Source: an uncultured delta proteobacterium
GTDB taxonomy: Bacteria; Desulfobacterota; Binatia; UBA9968
NCBI GenBank assembly: GCA_963745035.1
Contig: CAVUVW010000013.1
Span: 896,001 to 960,000, forward strand
Reading direction: 5' to 3'
Length of the DNA: 64,000 nucleotides
The position numbers and the translations under genes are program-made. The notes below the pieces were generated by a model, which was given only the letters and a program-made list of their open reading frames with translations, made no database searches and had not been told where the DNA came from. This document shows positions 31,179 to 41,451 of this stretch, piece after piece. How positions within the stretch are numbered: position 1 is the stretch's first letter; every line of letters begins with the position of its first letter.

Positions 31179-31799
31179 ATGCTGATCGAACTCGATTACC
31201 CTACTCCTAACGCGGTCGAATTGAAGGCGGCAAACACGCTGCTTTTGATTATCGATATGGAGAACGAAAACGCGCATCCTTCAGGCGCGCTCTATATCGG
31301 CGAGCCGGTAAGAAGAATCATTCCAAAGATCATTGAATTGCGGGCGCGCGTTCGTCAGGTAGGAGGACGTGTCGTTCACACGCAGTCGATTCGCTCACCC
31401 GATGCCCTGGAGTTTACAGTCTTCAAGAATACTTTGCGCAAGGTTGAAGGTTCATGGGGAGCTGAGTTGATTGATGAGCTGAAGCCGGCTCCGAACGAGC
31501 CTCTGGTCGTAAAGCGTACTCATGACTGCTTCTATCAGACCGAAATGGAGTCTCTTCTGAAGCAATTGGGGCTACGACCCGGGGAAGGTCACGTGATCGT
31601 AACCGGAATTTCGACACGCAATTGCGTTCAGAGCGCCGTAATGGGCTTGAGTGTCCGGGATTACCACGTCTACGTTCCGATAGATTGCACGACGCATAAT
31701 GACGAAAAGCAGGTATTGCAAGCCTTTTCGCTCTTCACCAGTTTCGGCTACAGACACAACGTCACAATGACACGATCGGATTTGATCGGTATCCAATAA
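31179..31799 (+). CDS. Isochorismatase-family cysteine hydrolase
   Basis: IIDMEN, VKRTHD, GISTRNCV (D-K-C triad). Confidence 0.88.
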   Translation: MLIELDYPTPNAVELKAANTLLLIIDMENENAHPSGALYIGEPVRRIIPKIIELRARVRQVGGRVVHTQSIRSPDALEFTVFKNTLRKVEGSWGAELIDELKPAPNEPLVVKRTHDCFYQTEMESLLKQLGLRPGEGHVIVTGISTRNCVQSAVMGLSVRDYHVYVPIDCTTHNDEKQVLQAFSLFTSFGYRHNVTMTRSDLIGIQ

Positions 31800-31863
31800 C
31801 GACACGCACCGCTTGCGGTCTTGTCTAAATCGACCACCACCGACTTTTTGCTAGAGGTCTAAC

Positions 31864-32328
31864 ATGAACTTACCCCTTCCAGAGGCCGACGCCGCTACTG
31901 CTGCGGAAGTGCGCGATTGGCTCGCGCGCTTCGCCGCGTGCGTGCGCGAGGTCGACTATGCGGCGGCGCGCCCGTTCTGGCATCCCGACATCGTTATCTT
32001 CGGCACATATCAAGAGCTGGTGAAAAGCCTAACGGCGTGGACAGAGCGGCAATGGGACAATGTCTGGCCGCGCACGGCTGAGTTCCGTTTCGACCTAGAG
32101 AACACCATGATCATGGCCGCGCCCAACGGCGCCATGGCCGTCGCGATCGCGCCCTGGACGAGCACCGGATTCCATGAAGATGGAACGCCCTTCGACCGGC
32201 CGGGGCGGGCCACGATCGTGCTGGCACGGCAGGCAGACGGGCGCTGGCTCGGTGTTCATTCGCACATGTCGCTGGCGCGCGGCGTGCCGCAGGATAGCCA
32301 CGGTAAGCGTCCGGTGAAGGCGCGTTAA
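31864..32328 (+). CDS. SnoaL/NTF2-like (YybH-type) protein
   Basis: QWDNVWP, RPGRAT, W.GVHSHMS. Confidence 0.8.
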   Translation: MNLPLPEADAATAAEVRDWLARFAACVREVDYAAARPFWHPDIVIFGTYQELVKSLTAWTERQWDNVWPRTAEFRFDLENTMIMAAPNGAMAVAIAPWTSTGFHEDGTPFDRPGRATIVLARQADGRWLGVHSHMSLARGVPQDSHGKRPVKAR

Positions 32329-32407
32329 AGGCGCAAAGGTTTGCCTTTATGGCTGGCGGGAGACTTTGAAAAAGATCCTCGTTAAGACGCGATCGGATGG
32401 TGCGAAC

Positions 32408-33034
32408 TTACAGCGGCTTGATCTGTACATTGCGCCATTTGATTGCGCCGCCCGCCGCGCCTTTCTCAGGGTTGCTAAACTGCAGCGATATCGGACCTTC
32501 CGTGAACTGGCCGTGCTGAGCATCCGCAGTCTTGGTACCGTTCAGCACGACGGTCAGATGCGAGCCTTTGGCCGTGATCTCGATTGTATTCCACTTGCCG
32601 CCGGCCTTGGGCATCGGTGAAACTTTCGAGACATTGACGATCGCTCCGGTACCGTATTCCGGCTCCGGGCGCTGATCGTAGATATTTGCCTCGTACGCTG
32701 TCTTGGAACCGATAGCTTTGAGATCGGAAACACGGAAAAAGATGCCGCTATTGGTGGTGTGATCCGCCCAGAACTCGGCACGAAGCTGAAAATCCCTGAA
32801 GGAGTCCTTCGAGACCAGATGGCCGCCTTTGCCTTTGTCGGCGACGATGGCGCCGTCCTCGGCCCGCCAATTGGCGTCGCCGATCCGGTTCCAGTTGTCG
32901 AGGGATTTGGGATTGGCGCCGTCGAGAAGAGTCATCCACCCCCGCTCGCCTTGATCCGACATCCATGGCGAGCACGCGCTCATCGCGAGTCCGATAACCA
33001 GCAGCGTCACGGTAGCAGCAGCGAAATGTTTCAT
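32408..33034 (-). CDS. DUF1080 / 3-keto-disaccharide hydrolase domain lipoprotein
   Basis: MSAC lipobox, NSGIF, YEANI, TGAI, WN..EI, GPISLQ. Confidence 0.88.
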   Translation of the reverse strand: MKHFAAATVTLLVIGLAMSACSPWMSDQGERGWMTLLDGANPKSLDNWNRIGDANWRAEDGAIVADKGKGGHLVSKDSFRDFQLRAEFWADHTTNSGIFFRVSDLKAIGSKTAYEANIYDQRPEPEYGTGAIVNVSKVSPMPKAGGKWNTIEITAKGSHLTVVLNGTKTADAQHGQFTEGPISLQFSNPEKGAAGGAIKWRNVQIKPL

Positions 33035-33087
33035 TGTGCTTTCCCCTTTCACCATTTTTCGCTCGTATTCGAACGCCAATCGGCCGA

Positions 33088-33273
33088 TCACTCTTCCGGC
33101 AAATGCTTTAACTCACGCAACAGCGGCGCGAGATCAACTGTCCTCAACGCGTCGACAGCCGCTTCCCAACGCCCTTCTTCGCAGAGGCCCAGTATGCCCG
33201 CATCTTCGTATGCTTGGAGGGCCGCTTGAATGCATGTTTCGCGAATGCGTTTGACGAGATCTTCCAATTCCAT
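33088..33273 (-). CDS. Small conserved-looking hypothetical protein (61 aa)
   Basis: GGGAG RBS; AAL.AYEDAG..GLC.EGRWE.AVDA. Confidence 0.7.
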   Translation of the reverse strand: MELEDLVKRIRETCIQAALQAYEDAGILGLCEEGRWEAAVDALRTVDLAPLLRELKHLPEE

Positions 33274-33760
33274 ATGGCTCCCGGGCAAACGGACCAAAGT
33301 TTATTGTTTGGCGTGGAATCAACTAAACACAGCGAAGAAGAGTATTGCCAATCATCGCCCGTCGAGCTGATTCACAAGCCGCTTTTCTCTACAGATCCTC
33401 CTTCCACATTTCGGAGTTTCGCGCTCTCTCTCAATATGGAACAGCGGGGCGCCGTGTCAACGGCATATCCCATCGGACCGGAATTCATTAACTGTCGCCG
33501 ATCAGCATCTTGAGCCGGCGGTTTCCTTTTTACACCTGCCGTTGAGTCGTAGTGAGGAGCACTGGCAGGAAGCGTTTCCGAGAGGCTTCCGGATCGAGTG
33601 TCACAGATTGCGCCTCAGGGCAGACGATCTACTTTCCGCTCAATGAATAGGGTGACATTTCGCTTAACTATCAAATCCCAGAAGAATGCGCTTGACAAGA
33701 TGAGCATGCCGGAGATAGCGATGAGTCTATCTCGAACGGGTCTCACCAAGGAGATTATTC

Positions 33761-34531
33761 ATGCCAGCAATCCGACACATGGCTATGTGCACCGAGAACA
33801 ATCGGCGCCTCGCGCGCTTTTACCGCTTGATCTTCGGCATGGACGAGGTCTGGAACTACGAGCAAAACAGCCCGCATGCGTTTTATGTCGGTGACGGCTA
33901 TTTCAACCTGAATTGCCTGCAGATTCATCGCACCATGGCCGAGCAGAAGCGCGACGTTGGCATTAACCATTACGGTTTCAAGGTCGAAAGCATCAAGGAA
34001 ATCGGTGAGAAGCTCGGTCAACTGAATCCACCCATCAAATTTGCAGACAGGCCGAAGGACGGCCGCTATACTGAGATCCGGATCAAGGATCCAGACGGCA
34101 ACGGTGTCGATATCGCCGAGAAGGGCTGGGGTGCCGAAGAAGAAACGAGGAATCCGGGAGTGCGGCATGTCGGCATCCAAACCGCCGATCCCGAGCGGTT
34201 AGCCGACTTCTACAAATTTGTTTTCGCGATGAAAGAAGTCGGCCGCAGCGAAACCGCGGCCGGCGCCGCCATCTATCTCTCCGACGGCACCATCAATCTC
34301 GGCCTGACCAAAGGGGCACCCGCTCCCGGCGCCGGCATTCAGGTGCTGGGGTTCCAAGTGCCGAGCCTGCGCGAAGTCGAACAGCAGATAAAAAAACCGC
34401 TCGGCCTCACCTATCCCGGCGAACCAGCGCTGGAGATGCTCCAGCCGGCGGAGGGCCCGTACAAAGTCACGCGGATGAAGGACCCTGACGGCAATCAACT
34501 CGACCTTTCCGAAGAAGGCTGGCCGCTTTAA
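33761..34531 (+). CDS. Two-domain VOC family protein
   Basis: IRH/VRH, DG.FNL/DG.INL, two DPDGN motifs. Confidence 0.88.
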   Translation: MPAIRHMAMCTENNRRLARFYRLIFGMDEVWNYEQNSPHAFYVGDGYFNLNCLQIHRTMAEQKRDVGINHYGFKVESIKEIGEKLGQLNPPIKFADRPKDGRYTEIRIKDPDGNGVDIAEKGWGAEEETRNPGVRHVGIQTADPERLADFYKFVFAMKEVGRSETAAGAAIYLSDGTINLGLTKGAPAPGAGIQVLGFQVPSLREVEQQIKKPLGLTYPGEPALEMLQPAEGPYKVTRMKDPDGNQLDLSEEGWPL

Positions 34532-34591
34532 CGCGTTCTGTTCGTCAGCGGCGCCCTAAACATCCTTTCGTGCTTTGTGAAATTCGCAATC

Positions 34592-35620
34592 ATGAATGGC
34601 TTTTGCCGGCATAGTACTGCCCGCTTGAGTGCGATTAGAAACGGATTCTGGGCGTTCGCTCTGATGGCTTTGCATCTTTTGGCGTCCGGCGCGTCGGCAC
34701 AGCCCACGCGTCTGTCGGTAGCCTACACGGGCGTAGGTCCCACCCATCTGCCGGTATGGATTGCAAAAGAGGCCGGTATCTTCGCGCGCAACGGACTCGA
34801 TGTGCAGATCATCAGGGCACAAGCCGCAGTGGCGGCCATGTCGCTCATCTCCGGTGAAGTGGGTTTTATCCAGGCGGCCGCGCCGGCAGTTGTCTTGAGC
34901 AACTTGAGCGGCTCAGGAACGGTCTATGTTGCCAGCGGGTATGTCGGTCTCGACTATTGGCTCGTCAGCTTGCCGAAGATCAAAAATGGTGAGCAGCTAA
35001 AGGGCGGCATCGTCGGCGTCTCCGGATTGACCGGCGCCTCGTTTACCGCAACGCAACTGGCGCTAAAGAAGCTTGGTCTCAATCCCGGCAAAGATGTTTC
35101 GATTCTCGCTGTCGGCGGCACTCCGGAACGGCTGGCGGCATTGCGCAGCGGCCGCATCCAAGCCACTTTGCTAAATCCGCCGACGATTTTCATGGCGGAG
35201 CGCCAGGGCTTTCATATCTTGGCCGATGTGAGCAACCTGCCGTTTCAAAACAACGGTGTTGTCGCCACGAGAAAATTCATACGCGAGCAGCCGAACATCG
35301 TCCGTCGCTATGTCAAATCGCAGGTCGAAGCCGTGCATATCATGAAGACGGATCGCAAGACCGGTCTTAAAATATTCACCAAACATCTCGGCGGCGGGCG
35401 CGACGCCGACCCGCAGATCACCGAAAAAAGCTACGACGTGTCGATCACCGACGATAAATTTCCGCGCAACCAGTATCCGTCGCTCGAAGGGATCAAGCTC
35501 GTCATCGACTCCTTGGGCGAACGAGGTAAGGACGCCAAATCCGCGGATTTCGTCGATGCGACGTTTGTCCGAGAACTCGACGAGAGCGGCTTTACCCGCG
35601 ATCTCTACCAGCAGCGATAG
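34592..35620 (+). CDS. NMT1/THI5-like ABC substrate-binding protein
   Basis: PVWIAKEAGIFARNGL, GGTPERLAAL; start uncertain. Confidence 0.85.
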   Translation: MNGFCRHSTARLSAIRNGFWAFALMALHLLASGASAQPTRLSVAYTGVGPTHLPVWIAKEAGIFARNGLDVQIIRAQAAVAAMSLISGEVGFIQAAAPAVVLSNLSGSGTVYVASGYVGLDYWLVSLPKIKNGEQLKGGIVGVSGLTGASFTATQLALKKLGLNPGKDVSILAVGGTPERLAALRSGRIQATLLNPPTIFMAERQGFHILADVSNLPFQNNGVVATRKFIREQPNIVRRYVKSQVEAVHIMKTDRKTGLKIFTKHLGGGRDADPQITEKSYDVSITDDKFPRNQYPSLEGIKLVIDSLGERGKDAKSADFVDATFVRELDESGFTRDLYQQR

Positions 35621-36039
35621 CTTCGCAACGTCACAGCGTCAGCAAAATCACTTCATCCTACTCGCCCGAAGCCACGGCCGTCGCGAGTGTAGCCGGGCTC
35701 ACGCGCGCAATCTTTGTTAGCACTCAGAACCGATCCTCGCGGCTTGGCGAAATCAAAAAATTGTTGGTTCTGTTCAACCCGATCTGTCTACCGGGAAATC
35801 GCGTGGTATGGCGGTATTTAACCATCCCGTAACAAAAAAAGCCGCGCCATCTCATAATGTCTGGCGGTCATCATCGAGTGAGCTGCGGGTACGACGTGAA
35901 CGAAGGACGGGCAATTCGCCTGATATTGACAGCGGCTTGCACCGCAGTGGTACATTCCATGCTTCCTGTTAGCTGACACCACGTAGTCCGAGCCGAGTTT
36001 TATGAGCCAGCAGCAAAAATTATTGAAGGAGCGAATACA

Positions 36040-37101
36040 ATGCGTGCAGCGCGAATGCATGGTTACCGGCAGCCGCTTGTTCTCAAAGATGTCAAAGTTC
36101 CCGAAATAGCTGCCAATGAGGTCTTGTTGAAAGTCGCGGCGGCCGGCATGTGCCGGACCGACGCTCAGATGGTGGACGGCTATTTCGAGAAGTATCATCC
36201 GCTGACGTTTCCGATCACTCCCGGTCACGAAATCGCCGGCACTGTCGAAAAGATGGGCAGCCTCGTGCCTAAAACGGCTGCATTGACCGAAGGCGACCTG
36301 GTCGTCGTCGTCGGAGGTATGGGCGACGGCACCTGCCGCCTCTGCCAAGCAGGCAACACGCAGATTTGCGGGCACGGGAAATGGCCGGGATTCGGTCCGC
36401 CCGGCGGTTATGGAGAGTTTGTCCCTGTGCCTTACGAATATCTCATCCGCATCGACAAAAAATATAATCTGAAAGCCGAAGAGCTGGCGCCGCTGACTGA
36501 TGCGGGGCTCACGCCGTACAGAGGCATCAAGAAATTGCGCGACGCGGGAGCGCTTGGGCCGGACAGGGTTATGGCGGTGATCGGTATCGGCGGCCTGGGA
36601 GCTTACGCCGTCCAGTACGCGAAGCTGTTTGCGTCCGGGGCAACGGTGGTCGCGTTCGGCAGGAACGACGACAAGCTGGCGGTGGCAAAAGAATACGGCG
36701 CGGATCACGTGATCAACATCAAGGACAAATCCATCAACGATATCCGTGCCGAGTTGAACCTGGCGACCGGCCACAAAGAGATTAACGCCGCGGTGGACTG
36801 CGTCGGCGCCGAAGAGACCATTCAGATGGGATTCAATCTGCTCGCCACGGAGGGCACGTACTGCTCCGTCGGGCTGGTCGGCACGCGCATCGACATTCCG
36901 CTTTTCCCGTTCGTCGCCCGCGAGTTCACCTATCGCGGCTCCTTTTGGGGCAACTACAACGATCTGAGCGAAGTCATCGCGTTGGCCCAGCAGGGAAAGA
37001 TCAAGCACACACTGAAGAAAGTCCGGTTCGACGACATCAACGAGGCCCTGGAACAGCTGCGCGACGGCGACGTCATCGGACGCGCCGTCGTCACCTTCTG
37101 A
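36040..37101 (+). CDS. Zn-dependent NAD(P) alcohol dehydrogenase
   Basis: GMCRTD, PGHE, C..C......C, DAGLTPY, GIGGLG. Confidence 0.92.
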   Translation: MRAARMHGYRQPLVLKDVKVPEIAANEVLLKVAAAGMCRTDAQMVDGYFEKYHPLTFPITPGHEIAGTVEKMGSLVPKTAALTEGDLVVVVGGMGDGTCRLCQAGNTQICGHGKWPGFGPPGGYGEFVPVPYEYLIRIDKKYNLKAEELAPLTDAGLTPYRGIKKLRDAGALGPDRVMAVIGIGGLGAYAVQYAKLFASGATVVAFGRNDDKLAVAKEYGADHVINIKDKSINDIRAELNLATGHKEINAAVDCVGAEETIQMGFNLLATEGTYCSVGLVGTRIDIPLFPFVAREFTYRGSFWGNYNDLSEVIALAQQGKIKHTLKKVRFDDINEALEQLRDGDVIGRAVVTF

Positions 37102-37111
37102 CGGGCTCAAG

Positions 37112-37423
37112 ATGAAGCTGACGGAGTTATCGCAGCGCTGCTCGTATTTTCACAAAACCGTCATTGGATTTTTGGTCGTCTTTTCCGCAATCTCATGGGG
37201 AGCTATCGCCATGGCACAGTCCAAAGAGCAAATCGAGACACGCAACAAGGCCGCCGTTCAGTCTGGCTTCGACGCCTGGAAAGCGGGCACCGGCAGCCCG
37301 TACGACTTGCTCGCCGAAGACGCGAGCTGGACCATCGTCGGCCACTCGGCGGCATCGAAGACCTATCCGAGCAAGGAAGCCTTCATCAGCGAGGTGATCC
37401 GGACGTTCAAGGAGCAGGCCTGA
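37112..37423 (+). pseudogene. N-terminal fragment of SnoaL/ketosteroid-isomerase-like protein
   Basis: F.AW..GTGSPYDLLA.DA.WTI.G.S..S.TY.S...F...VI then an abrupt stop. Confidence 0.65.
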
Positions 37424-37442
37424 ATCTGGATTCTCTTTGCAG

Positions 37443-37527
37443 TTACCGCGCGGGAAGCGGGCCCTGTCGGAAAGTTTTTTGTAGCTCGATCATTTCGGCG
37501 TCGCGCGGCATTTCGCGATCGCTTTCT
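37443..37527 (-). pseudogene. 3'-terminal remnant of TctC/Bug-like gene
   Basis: REMPRDAEMIEL...GPLPAR*; aligns with 29468-29553. Confidence 0.75.
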
Positions 37528-37602
37528 GGGCGGGCCCGGTGTTAGTGCCCTGGGCTTTAGCTACGTTTTTGGAGTCACGGACACGAGCGCGTTCCGGTGG
37601 TC

Positions 37603-38349
37603 TTAAAGATACTTGGTCGGACGGCGGATGGTGCGCCACATGTGCGCGACGGGGCTGTTGTCGAAGCCCAAACCCTCCTTCGGCTGCTTGAAGTTGCGCC
37701 CGACGATATCCTCGAAAGGTTCCCAGCTCACCACCGCGTTGGGGTCGAAGGAGTAGATGTCGTGCACGGTGATCATGCGCGCGCTCATGTACCACTTGTG
37801 ATCGCGGGCGCGCTTGTACGCATCTTTGATGTAGTCGTCGGGCTCGTAGTCGCGCCCGAAATGTTTGACGTACATTTCCGGATACGCATAGCCGGCCGAT
37901 TCGTCGGGGAAGAAGCGCAGCGCCTGGTGCGCGCGCACTGCCCAGGTCACCTCCTCGTCCACGTAGGGCTCGATCAATTGCGCGCCCCAGTAGCCATGGT
38001 CGCTTTTGATGAAGATGGCATTGGAGATATCGTGCAAGAGGCACGCGAGAATCGTCTTCTCCGGCATCGACGCCTTGAGCGCGTGGTTGGCGCTTTGCAG
38101 CATATGGTTGATGCCGCTGGCGCGGTACGTGAAATAGTCTAGCAACGTCGGCTTGGCCGGCATCTTCGGCAGCCGCGGATCATCGTCCATCAGTTGATAC
38201 TTGTCGCCTTTGGAAGCCGGGTTGATCGCTCCGAGCTTGCCGTCCGCCATATTGAACAACGCCGACTTCGAGATCAGCACGTCGAGCTCGTCGCTCATCT
38301 TTCGCTCCAGCGCATCGGCGCGCTCGTTTAGTGACATCCCTTCAGCCAT
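37603..38349 (-). CDS. HD-domain protein (PhnZ/TmpB-like ligand pattern)
   Basis: HMLQSA, LLHDI, DHG.WGA, RAHQ, VHD. Confidence 0.7.
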   Translation of the reverse strand: MAEGMSLNERADALERKMSDELDVLISKSALFNMADGKLGAINPASKGDKYQLMDDDPRLPKMPAKPTLLDYFTYRASGINHMLQSANHALKASMPEKTILACLLHDISNAIFIKSDHGYWGAQLIEPYVDEEVTWAVRAHQALRFFPDESAGYAYPEMYVKHFGRDYEPDDYIKDAYKRARDHKWYMSARMITVHDIYSFDPNAVVSWEPFEDIVGRNFKQPKEGLGFDNSPVAHMWRTIRRPTKYL

Positions 38350-38493
38350 GGCTTGGCCCTCCTATAAGATTAGGCAAGATACAAGGCAACAGTAAGAAAA
38401 CAACCGCTTCAAATCGTTCCACAGTTCTTCGCGAATCTGCTTTTCTCTAGCTCGGCAACAAGGGAGTTGTCAATGAATTGTTGCTTCGCGACA

Positions 38494-38532
38494 GCTCCAG
38501 TGGTTCCAGCGTTCCAATCGTTCCAGGTGTTC
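38494..38532. repeat. GTTCCA-based 8-9 nt tandem microrepeat; related runs at 41364-41396 and (reverse) 13266-13322
   Basis: gctccagtggttccagcgttccaatcgttccaggtgttc. Confidence 0.55.
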
Positions 38533-38673
38533 GGCGACCGCCGGTCGCCACTTCCTTTTTCGCGGTGCTGTTTGCGTCCTTGTGGTTAGTCGATTCGGAC
38601 CAACATTTTTTGCCATTCTGTGGTGATTTCGGCGTTGATCTGGCATAGCTGGGAAGATCGCGCTGCTCCCGAC

Positions 38674-39888
38674 ATGCCACTCTCCCGCAACATAGTTCTG
38701 CTGCTCTGCGCCGGCGTCGTAACAATGACATCCATCGGCATGAATTCTTTCAGCCTGTTTCTGCGACCCATCGAGGCGGAATTCGGCTGGTCTCGGACCA
38801 CCGCTACGATGCCGTACATGTTCGGCATGCTCGGCTGGGCGGTGGGCGGCGTCTTCTTTGGCAAACTCGCCGACGACTTGGGCGCTCGCAAGGTCATTCT
38901 CGCCGGAATTCTGCTCATGGCGGCAGGTTTTTTCGGCATGGGCCTTTCGCAGAACTTGTGGCAACTGTCGCTCACGTACGGCATCCTGGTCGGGCTGGCG
39001 AAAGGAGCAGCCGGACTCGTGATCATCTCGCTCCTTGTCGCCAAGCACTACCAGGCCAATCGCCGAGGGCTCGCCGTCAGCGTCATACAGACGGCCGCGC
39101 CGCTGAGCCCGGTGTTCTTTTCTCCGCTGCTTTACTTCTTGATCGAAAGGTTCGATTGGCGCGCCGCGGCCTTGGCCAGCGGCGTCCTGCTCCTCGCGGT
39201 GGCATTTCCCCTGGGTTGGTTGGGCGCGCGCGACCCGCATGATGTCGCGACCGCGCGGCGGGACCGCGCAAGTTGGGGAAGTTGTCTTCCCTACCTGCGC
39301 GATCGTTCGATGATCATGATGTTCGCAGCGCGATTTTCTTGCGGCGTGGCTTTGTTTCAGACCGTCCATCTTGTGGCGATCGCGCTCAGCAAAGGTTTCG
39401 ATGCCGCCACCGGAGCAATCGCTCTCGGCGTTTTTGGCGGAGCGGCGGCGGTGTCGGCGCTGCTTTTCGGCTGGCTCTCGGACCATTACGGGCGAGCGCA
39501 TGTGCTCGCTCTCACCTACCTTGTGCGCGGCCTGGGCACCTTGGTCCTTTCCCTGGATATGACGAACGAGCTTTTCTTTTACGCCGTCGTGGCGCTCGCG
39601 ATGGGCCCCACCTTCGGCACGATCGCGGTGCAAAACGTGATGTTCTACGAGCTTGTCGGACCGAGAATGGCGGGAGTGATCCTGGGCTTGAGCTTCATCG
39701 TCCACCAGATCGGCTCCGCCGGCGGTCCGATGCTGGCGAGCGTCGCCTACGACATGACCGGCAGCTACGACGGCTTCATGCTCATCATGGGCGTGATTCT
39801 CCTGGCCTCCGCGGCGCTCGTCTATAGCTCGATCTCAGGGAAGCCCATCGCGGCGACCACTCTCAGCGTCAGTGAAGCGCGCACTTGA
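38674..39888 (+). CDS. MFS transporter (MCT/OFA-like)
   Basis: About 12 TM segments, G.LADDLGAR, GWLSDHYGR, YD.TGSY. Confidence 0.9.
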   Translation: MPLSRNIVLLLCAGVVTMTSIGMNSFSLFLRPIEAEFGWSRTTATMPYMFGMLGWAVGGVFFGKLADDLGARKVILAGILLMAAGFFGMGLSQNLWQLSLTYGILVGLAKGAAGLVIISLLVAKHYQANRRGLAVSVIQTAAPLSPVFFSPLLYFLIERFDWRAAALASGVLLLAVAFPLGWLGARDPHDVATARRDRASWGSCLPYLRDRSMIMMFAARFSCGVALFQTVHLVAIALSKGFDAATGAIALGVFGGAAAVSALLFGWLSDHYGRAHVLALTYLVRGLGTLVLSLDMTNELFFYAVVALAMGPTFGTIAVQNVMFYELVGPRMAGVILGLSFIVHQIGSAGGPMLASVAYDMTGSYDGFMLIMGVILLASAALVYSSISGKPIAATTLSVSEART

Positions 39889-39900
39889 ACCGCGCTACCA

Positions 39901-40156
39901 ATTTGAATTTTGGATTTTAGATTTTCGATTTCGGAAAAGCGTTGAGATGCGATTGATGATTCGGAATCTGATAGCCTCGGATTCAGAAATTCCTCCCGCC
40001 AAGGCGCAAAAGCGCCAGGCAACACGCCCCCGTATTTTTCTGAACAGAACGTGAGGGCTCTAAGAAAGATTTTTCCCCTTGGTCGAAATGACACTCGGGT
40101 CCCTTTGCGCCTGCGCGTCCCTTCGACGGCGCTCAGGACATGCTATGCGGGAGATA
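39901..40156. repeat. Composite intergenic repeat block
   Basis: Heptamers ATTTTGG/ATTTTAG/ATTTTCG/ATTTCGG (39907-34); CGCCAAGGCGCAAAA and CTTTGCGCC arms; GTCATTTCGAC element (40062-92); CTTCGAC..CTCAGGACATGC module (40121-43). Confidence 0.65.
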
Positions 40157-40286
40157 CTTCGACCTTTGCTCGGGGCCCGCGCTTGTATGGATCCGTGCTG
40201 CTCGTATAGGATTCACGCCGCAACGACTCAGAACTTCTCGATCCGGAAGGTTGGCAGAACGTCGGTAATCTCGGAGGGAGGCCACT

Positions 40287-41345
40287 ATGAAGAACGGCAA
40301 TATCCGCTTTGCCTTGTCCGGCGCCTGCGCTCTCTGGAGCTTTCTCATCTGGACCGGCTCGGCGCCGGCTCAAGCGCCGTTCTATCAGGATAAGACGATC
40401 ACCGTAGTCGCCGGCACCGACGCGGGCGGCACCGCCGACCTGCGCATCAAGACCGTCGTTGCGTCACTGCGCAAACATATTCCGGGGAATCCGACGATCG
40501 TCGTCGACTACATGCCCGGCGGCGGCGGGCGCAAGGCCGCAAACCATGTCTTTAGAACATCGCGCCCCGACGGCCTCACCATCGGCGCCATGCTCTCGTC
40601 TTTGGTGCCGAGCGCGGTCACCGGAGAAACCGGCGTACTCTACGACATCGACAAGCTGATCTATCTGGGCACGCCTTACAGCGGCCACCCGCATATCTTT
40701 CTTAGCCGCGGAGAGTTGGGCGCAAATACTCTGGACAAACTGCGCGCGCTTTCCGGTCTTCGGCTCGGCGCCCAGTCGGTGGGGCATACGATCTATTACA
40801 CGGGAAGAATGTTCACCTATCTGATCGGCCTGAAAGAGCCCAGGTCCGTCATCGGCTACAGCGGCCCCGAGCTCGACATCGCTTTCTTGCGCGGCGAAGT
40901 GGACATCCGAACCAACCATCCTGACAATCCCCTGCGCCAGCGGTGGTTCGATAAAGATCTGGTGCATGTCCACGGGATCATCGAAGTCCCCAAAGGCCGG
41001 CCTCATTCGCATTCCCGCTATGCCACGCTCCCCGATCTTGAAACCTTCGCGAAAAGCGACAAGGAGCGAAAACTCGTGGCCATGCACCGAACCTTCCAGT
41101 TGGCCGGTTCACCGTTCGTGCTCCCACCCGGAACGCCGCCCGAACGTGTGGAGGCCTTGCGCGAAGCGATGCGCCGCACATTCAAGGATCCCGAGTTTCT
41201 CAAGGAGTACAAAAAGACCGGCGACGACTCGCCGCCGCTGATGCCGGAGGAGCTCGAGCGCGTGATCAAAAATCTGCCGCGCGAGCCCGAGGTCGTGGAG
41301 CTTTTCAAAAATCTTTTCGGTGCCGGACCGCTCCCGCCGCGCTGA
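40287..41345 (+). CDS. TctC/Bug-like substrate-binding protein
   Basis: QAPFYQDK, IPGNP, YMPGGGGRKA, PDGLTIG. Confidence 0.87.
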   Translation: MKNGNIRFALSGACALWSFLIWTGSAPAQAPFYQDKTITVVAGTDAGGTADLRIKTVVASLRKHIPGNPTIVVDYMPGGGGRKAANHVFRTSRPDGLTIGAMLSSLVPSAVTGETGVLYDIDKLIYLGTPYSGHPHIFLSRGELGANTLDKLRALSGLRLGAQSVGHTIYYTGRMFTYLIGLKEPRSVIGYSGPELDIAFLRGEVDIRTNHPDNPLRQRWFDKDLVHVHGIIEVPKGRPHSHSRYATLPDLETFAKSDKERKLVAMHRTFQLAGSPFVLPPGTPPERVEALREAMRRTFKDPEFLKEYKKTGDDSPPLMPEELERVIKNLPREPEVVELFKNLFGAGPLPPR

Positions 41346-41451
41346 ATTTCAGCAAGACAGTCGCCAATCGCTCCAGCGGTTCCAGTCGTTTCAAAGCCTA
41401 AAAACGATCGGACCGCGCTGCCATCAACGCTTCGTGGGATGCAGCATCGAC

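Noticed and set aside
37421-37423. TGA read-through of the SnoaL fragment
   Set aside because: Similarity is lost before the stop, and a TctC remnant follows on the other strand
38494-41396. CRISPR array from short recurring motifs
   Set aside because: Units are 7-9 nt tandem microrepeats with no unique spacers, and no cas genes are present
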